From an uncultured bacterium (GTDB lineage Bacteria; Patescibacteriota; Minisyncoccia; UBA6257; 2-01-FULL-56-20), in assembly GCA_963830935.1 (NCBI GenBank), contig CAWHOC010000018.1, forward strand, positions 3,402 to 67,401: a stretch of 64,000 nt of DNA, in the 5' to 3' direction. Positions 60,991 to 64,000 of this stretch are shown piece after piece; positions within the stretch are counted from its first letter, which is position 1, and each line of letters begins with the position of its first letter. The position numbers and the translations under genes were made by a program. The notes under the pieces are model-generated. The model saw nothing but the letters and a program-made list of their open reading frames with translations. It was not told where the DNA came from and ran no database searches.

Positions 60991-61383
60991 ATGGAAATTC
61001 CCCGCGAGAGTTACGCCGACGCAAAAAAGAAGGCAAAAGCATTTTATAAGAGCATCGGTCGAGTGTGGTGTCCGGCGGTGAATGAGTATGTGATTTTTGA
61101 CAGTGCCGGATTCAGACATCTCATTCAAAAGACGGCTATCCCACGATCAAGAGCTGAACAACTCCGCAGATTTGCGTTACTGCCCCACGTGATAACTATT
61201 TTGAAGAAACCGGATGTTATACCTCGTCATTTTGTGAAAGATGCTCACGAACCGCCGATACATCTATGGGTGTTTATCGAAGTTAAAGAAGGTGTGCGTG
61301 TTACCATTGTTATTAGACAATCTGGAAATGGGAAATATCACTTTTTCAGTATTTACGGAAAGAAACAAAAATCCACGCAATGA
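60991..61383 (+). CDS. hypothetical protein
   Basis: Intact 130-aa ORF, basic. No family I can name. Confidence 0.4.
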   Translation: MEIPRESYADAKKKAKAFYKSIGRVWCPAVNEYVIFDSAGFRHLIQKTAIPRSRAEQLRRFALLPHVITILKKPDVIPRHFVKDAHEPPIHLWVFIEVKEGVRVTIVIRQSGNGKYHFFSIYGKKQKSTQ

Positions 61384-61524
61384 CACGTGGGTCTTTGGTA
61401 TACCCGCTATCAGCCCTTGTTGCCGATAGGGAGCTCTGAGCCCCCGCAGGTATGTTTTTATTCTATCCCTTTTTGTGTGTGCGTCAAACCAGATTTAATG
61501 ATTTTTTAATAATTGCAAAACCGG

Positions 61525-62841
61525 TCAAACCCGTGTAATATCCGCGCCCAGCTGCCGTAACCGCTCATCGATCCGCTCGTATCCCCTGTCGATCTCTTCC
61601 ACGCCATCCACCTCGGAGACGCCCTGGGCGACAAGCGCGGCGAGGATGTCCACCATGCCGGAGCGGAGGTCGCGCACGTGAAGGGCCTTGCTCGTGAGCA
61701 CGGTCGGCCCTTCGATCGTCGCAAAGTGATAATGGTTCTTGCCTTGCAGGCGGCAGGGATCGTTCGGCGGGCAGTCGATCGTCACTTTTATCTTTGCGCC
61801 CATCTCGTTCAGGTCCATCGCGTACGCGAAGCGGTCCTCGTAGATCGTTTCATGGATGGTGGAAATGCCGTGCGCCTGCGTGAGGAGCACCGCGAGCGGC
61901 TGCTGCCAGTCGGTCATGAATCCGGGATGAACGTCCGTGCGGATCTCGAGCGGCTTAAGCCCCGCGTTGCTTCCGTCTAGAGCGGCGGCTTTCCAAAACG
62001 CGATGCCGTCGTTCGTCACTTCGTACTCTCCCCCCATGCGCCGCACGGCGTTGAGGAATGTGATGAGGTGTTCCTGTACGGCGCCGTTCAGCATGATGCG
62101 GCCGTTCGTCGCGATCGCGAGACACGCCATGGAAACACACTCGTTCCGATCCGCGAGCGCGCGATGCGTAACGCCGTGCAGTTTCGCGACGCCATCGATC
62201 GTGATCGTGCGCGGCGGACAGAGCTCCACGATCGCGCCCATCTTCTGGAGCATCTTCATGAGCTCGATGATCTCCGGCTCGAGCGCGGCGTTCTTGATGA
62301 CGGTCTTCCCCTTTGCAAGCACGGCGGCGAGCATGATGTTCTCCGTGGCGCCGACGCTCGGGAAGCGCAGCTCTATCTCCGCGCCGTGCAGGCCGTCCTT
62401 CGCCCACGCGTGATAGCTGTCCTTTGTGATCTCTATCTGCGCGCCGAGCTTTGACAGCCCCTCCAAGTGAATATCCACCGGCCTCGGCCCGATCTTATCC
62501 CCGCCCAAAATCGGCACCTCGGCCTCGCCAGTGCGGGCAAGCAACGGCCCGAGCGCGAGGATCGGAATGCGGTTGCGCCGCGAGAGCGTGTGCACAAGAT
62601 TATTTTTGATGACCGGCGTCGCGATCTTCAGGACCGGGCCGGCCCGTTCGATATCGCTCCCGATGCTCTTTAGGAGCTCGATGATGATGTCGATCTCCCC
62701 GATCTCCGGCACGTTTTCCAAAATGCACGGCTCGTCAGTGAGGAGCGACGTTACCATCATCTTCGACACCGCGTTCTTCGCTCCCGCGATCGTGATCTCT
62801 CCGAACAGCGGCTTCCCTCCTTTAATGATAAATTTTGCCAT
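61525..62841 (-). CDS. murA: UDP-N-acetylglucosamine 1-carboxyvinyltransferase
   Basis: MAKFIIKGGKPLFGEITIAGAKNA..LENVPEI..GGDKIGPRPVDIHL..RALHVRDLRSGMV. Intact. Confidence 0.9.
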   Translation of the reverse strand: MAKFIIKGGKPLFGEITIAGAKNAVSKMMVTSLLTDEPCILENVPEIGEIDIIIELLKSIGSDIERAGPVLKIATPVIKNNLVHTLSRRNRIPILALGPLLARTGEAEVPILGGDKIGPRPVDIHLEGLSKLGAQIEITKDSYHAWAKDGLHGAEIELRFPSVGATENIMLAAVLAKGKTVIKNAALEPEIIELMKMLQKMGAIVELCPPRTITIDGVAKLHGVTHRALADRNECVSMACLAIATNGRIMLNGAVQEHLITFLNAVRRMGGEYEVTNDGIAFWKAAALDGSNAGLKPLEIRTDVHPGFMTDWQQPLAVLLTQAHGISTIHETIYEDRFAYAMDLNEMGAKIKVTIDCPPNDPCRLQGKNHYHFATIEGPTVLTSKALHVRDLRSGMVDILAALVAQGVSEVDGVEEIDRGYERIDERLRQLGADITRV

Positions 62842-64000
62842 GGAGGAATTCTTCAAGCTTGTCGATGTGCACGCGCTCCTGCGTGCCCGTGTCGCGATCG
62901 CGCACCGTCACGGTGTTCTTGTTCGCTGCCCCATCATCGCCGTCGCCTTCGCCCAGCGTGTCGAAGTCCACCGTGATGCAAAACGGCGTGCCGATCTCGT
63001 CCTGCGCGTAATAACGCTTGCCGATATTGCCGCGATCATCCCAGGCCACCGTAAATCTTCTTCCATCGGTGCCTGTGAACATTTCGTAAACCTCGCGTGC
63101 TTTTTCCACGAGCGCCGGCTTGTTCGCGAGCAGCGGGAAGACGGCGGCCTTGTATGGCGCGAGGCGCGGCGGGAACTTGAGGTACACGCGCTCCCCCTCC
63201 TCGCGATAGCTGTCGAGCATTACCATCGCCATCAGACGATTGATACCCACCGCGGGCTCGATCACATGCGGCACGAACTTCTTGCCGGATGTCGGATCGG
63301 TGTATGAAAGATCCACGCCGGAGAACTTCGTGTGCTGTTTCAGATCGTAATCGGTGCGGTATGCCAAGCCCCACAGCTCTTTGAAGCCGAATGGGAACTT
63401 ATATTCCATATCCTCGGTACGTTTGCTGTAGAAACTGCGCTCTTCGTCGCCATGCTCTCGCCAGCGCAACGCGTCGGCCGCGACGCCGAGATTCTCCGTC
63501 ACGAACTTCCACATGTCCCCTTTCCACTGTTCATATAATTTCTTCCAATCGGTCTCGTCTGGGTCAAAGAAATATTCTATCTCCGCCTGTTCGAATTCCA
63601 ATGTGCGGAAGATGAAGTTGCCTTTTGTGATCTCATTACGAAAGCTTTTGCCGAGCTGGCCCACGCCGAACGGCAATCGCACACGCGTGGAATCCAAAAT
63701 ATTTTTGAAACTGATGAAAATACCCTGCGCTGTCTCGCCGCGGAGATACACTTTCGACTGCGCCTCCGGCACGATACCGACATGCGTTTCAAATAAAAGA
63801 TTGAACTTGCGCACCGGCGTCCAATCGAACTTGCCGCAAACGGGACATTTTATTTTTTCCTGCTGAATGACCTCGTCAAGTTCTTTTTCGGATTTTCCTT
63901 CAACACTGATCTTCTCACCCTTCGCTTCGAAATGGTTCTCGATCAAATGATCCGCACGCGTGCGGGAGTGGCATGCTTTACATTCCACCATCGCGTCAAC
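62822..64000 (-). CDS. glyQS: glycine--tRNA ligase (class II, dimeric GlyQS type); N terminus beyond window
   Basis: ..NLLFETHVG..YLRGETAQGIF..LPFGVGQLGKSFRNEI..RTLEFEQAEIEYF..IEPAVGINR..GNIGKRYYAQDEIGTPFCITVD. Confidence 0.9.
   Translation of the reverse strand, partial: VDAMVECKACHSRTRADHLIENHFEAKGEKISVEGKSEKELDEVIQQEKIKCPVCGKFDWTPVRKFNLLFETHVGIVPEAQSKVYLRGETAQGIFISFKNILDSTRVRLPFGVGQLGKSFRNEITKGNFIFRTLEFEQAEIEYFFDPDETDWKKLYEQWKGDMWKFVTENLGVAADALRWREHGDEERSFYSKRTEDMEYKFPFGFKELWGLAYRTDYDLKQHTKFSGVDLSYTDPTSGKKFVPHVIEPAVGINRLMAMVMLDSYREEGERVYLKFPPRLAPYKAAVFPLLANKPALVEKAREVYEMFTGTDGRRFTVAWDDRGNIGKRYYAQDEIGTPFCITVDFDTLGEGDGDDGAANKNTVTVRDRDTGTQERVHIDKLEEFLHGKIYH

Overview
64-kb bacterial chromosome segment. 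It is mostly GC-rich, tightly packed in long co-directional gene arrays, and interrupted by AT-rich islets. Gene content: cell-wall and division genes (mraY, ftsW, murG, murC, murA, mreB, a D-Ala-D-Ala carboxypeptidase), core information genes (rpsB-tsf, frr, obg, dnaX, holB, secDF, gltX, glyQS, trmD, greA, tig), comEC, three NUDIX hydrolases and many small secreted or TM hypothetical proteins. Together with a trigger factor lacking its PPIase domain and a free-standing LAGLIDADG endonuclease, this suggests a reduced-genome, Patescibacteria/CPR-like organism. That taxonomic guess is inference only. The genetic code looks standard, because TAA, TAG and TGA all terminate well-supported genes. 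Mobile DNA: an IS30-family element, and an IS1595-family element inserted into the last codons of greA with a 7-bp target duplication. RNA genes: a canonical tRNA-Tyr(GTA), a tRNA-Ala-like gene with a non-canonical anticodon loop followed by a 15-nt perfect antisense block, and a degenerate tRNA-like sequence. About 30 genes, many of them essential, need 1-7 frame changes to restore homology. The breaks I could localise sit at short homopolymers, so consensus errors are the likeliest cause; I type these genes as pseudogene because that is what the sequence shows. Most interesting observations: (1) a VirD4/TraD-like ATPase plus membrane partner beside trmD-comEC; (2) the tRNA/antisense locus; (3) a 123-nt hairpin with a perfect 30-bp stem; (4) extended -10 promoters abutting start codons, implying leaderless mRNAs. 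I found no CRISPR array, rRNA or recognised defence system.
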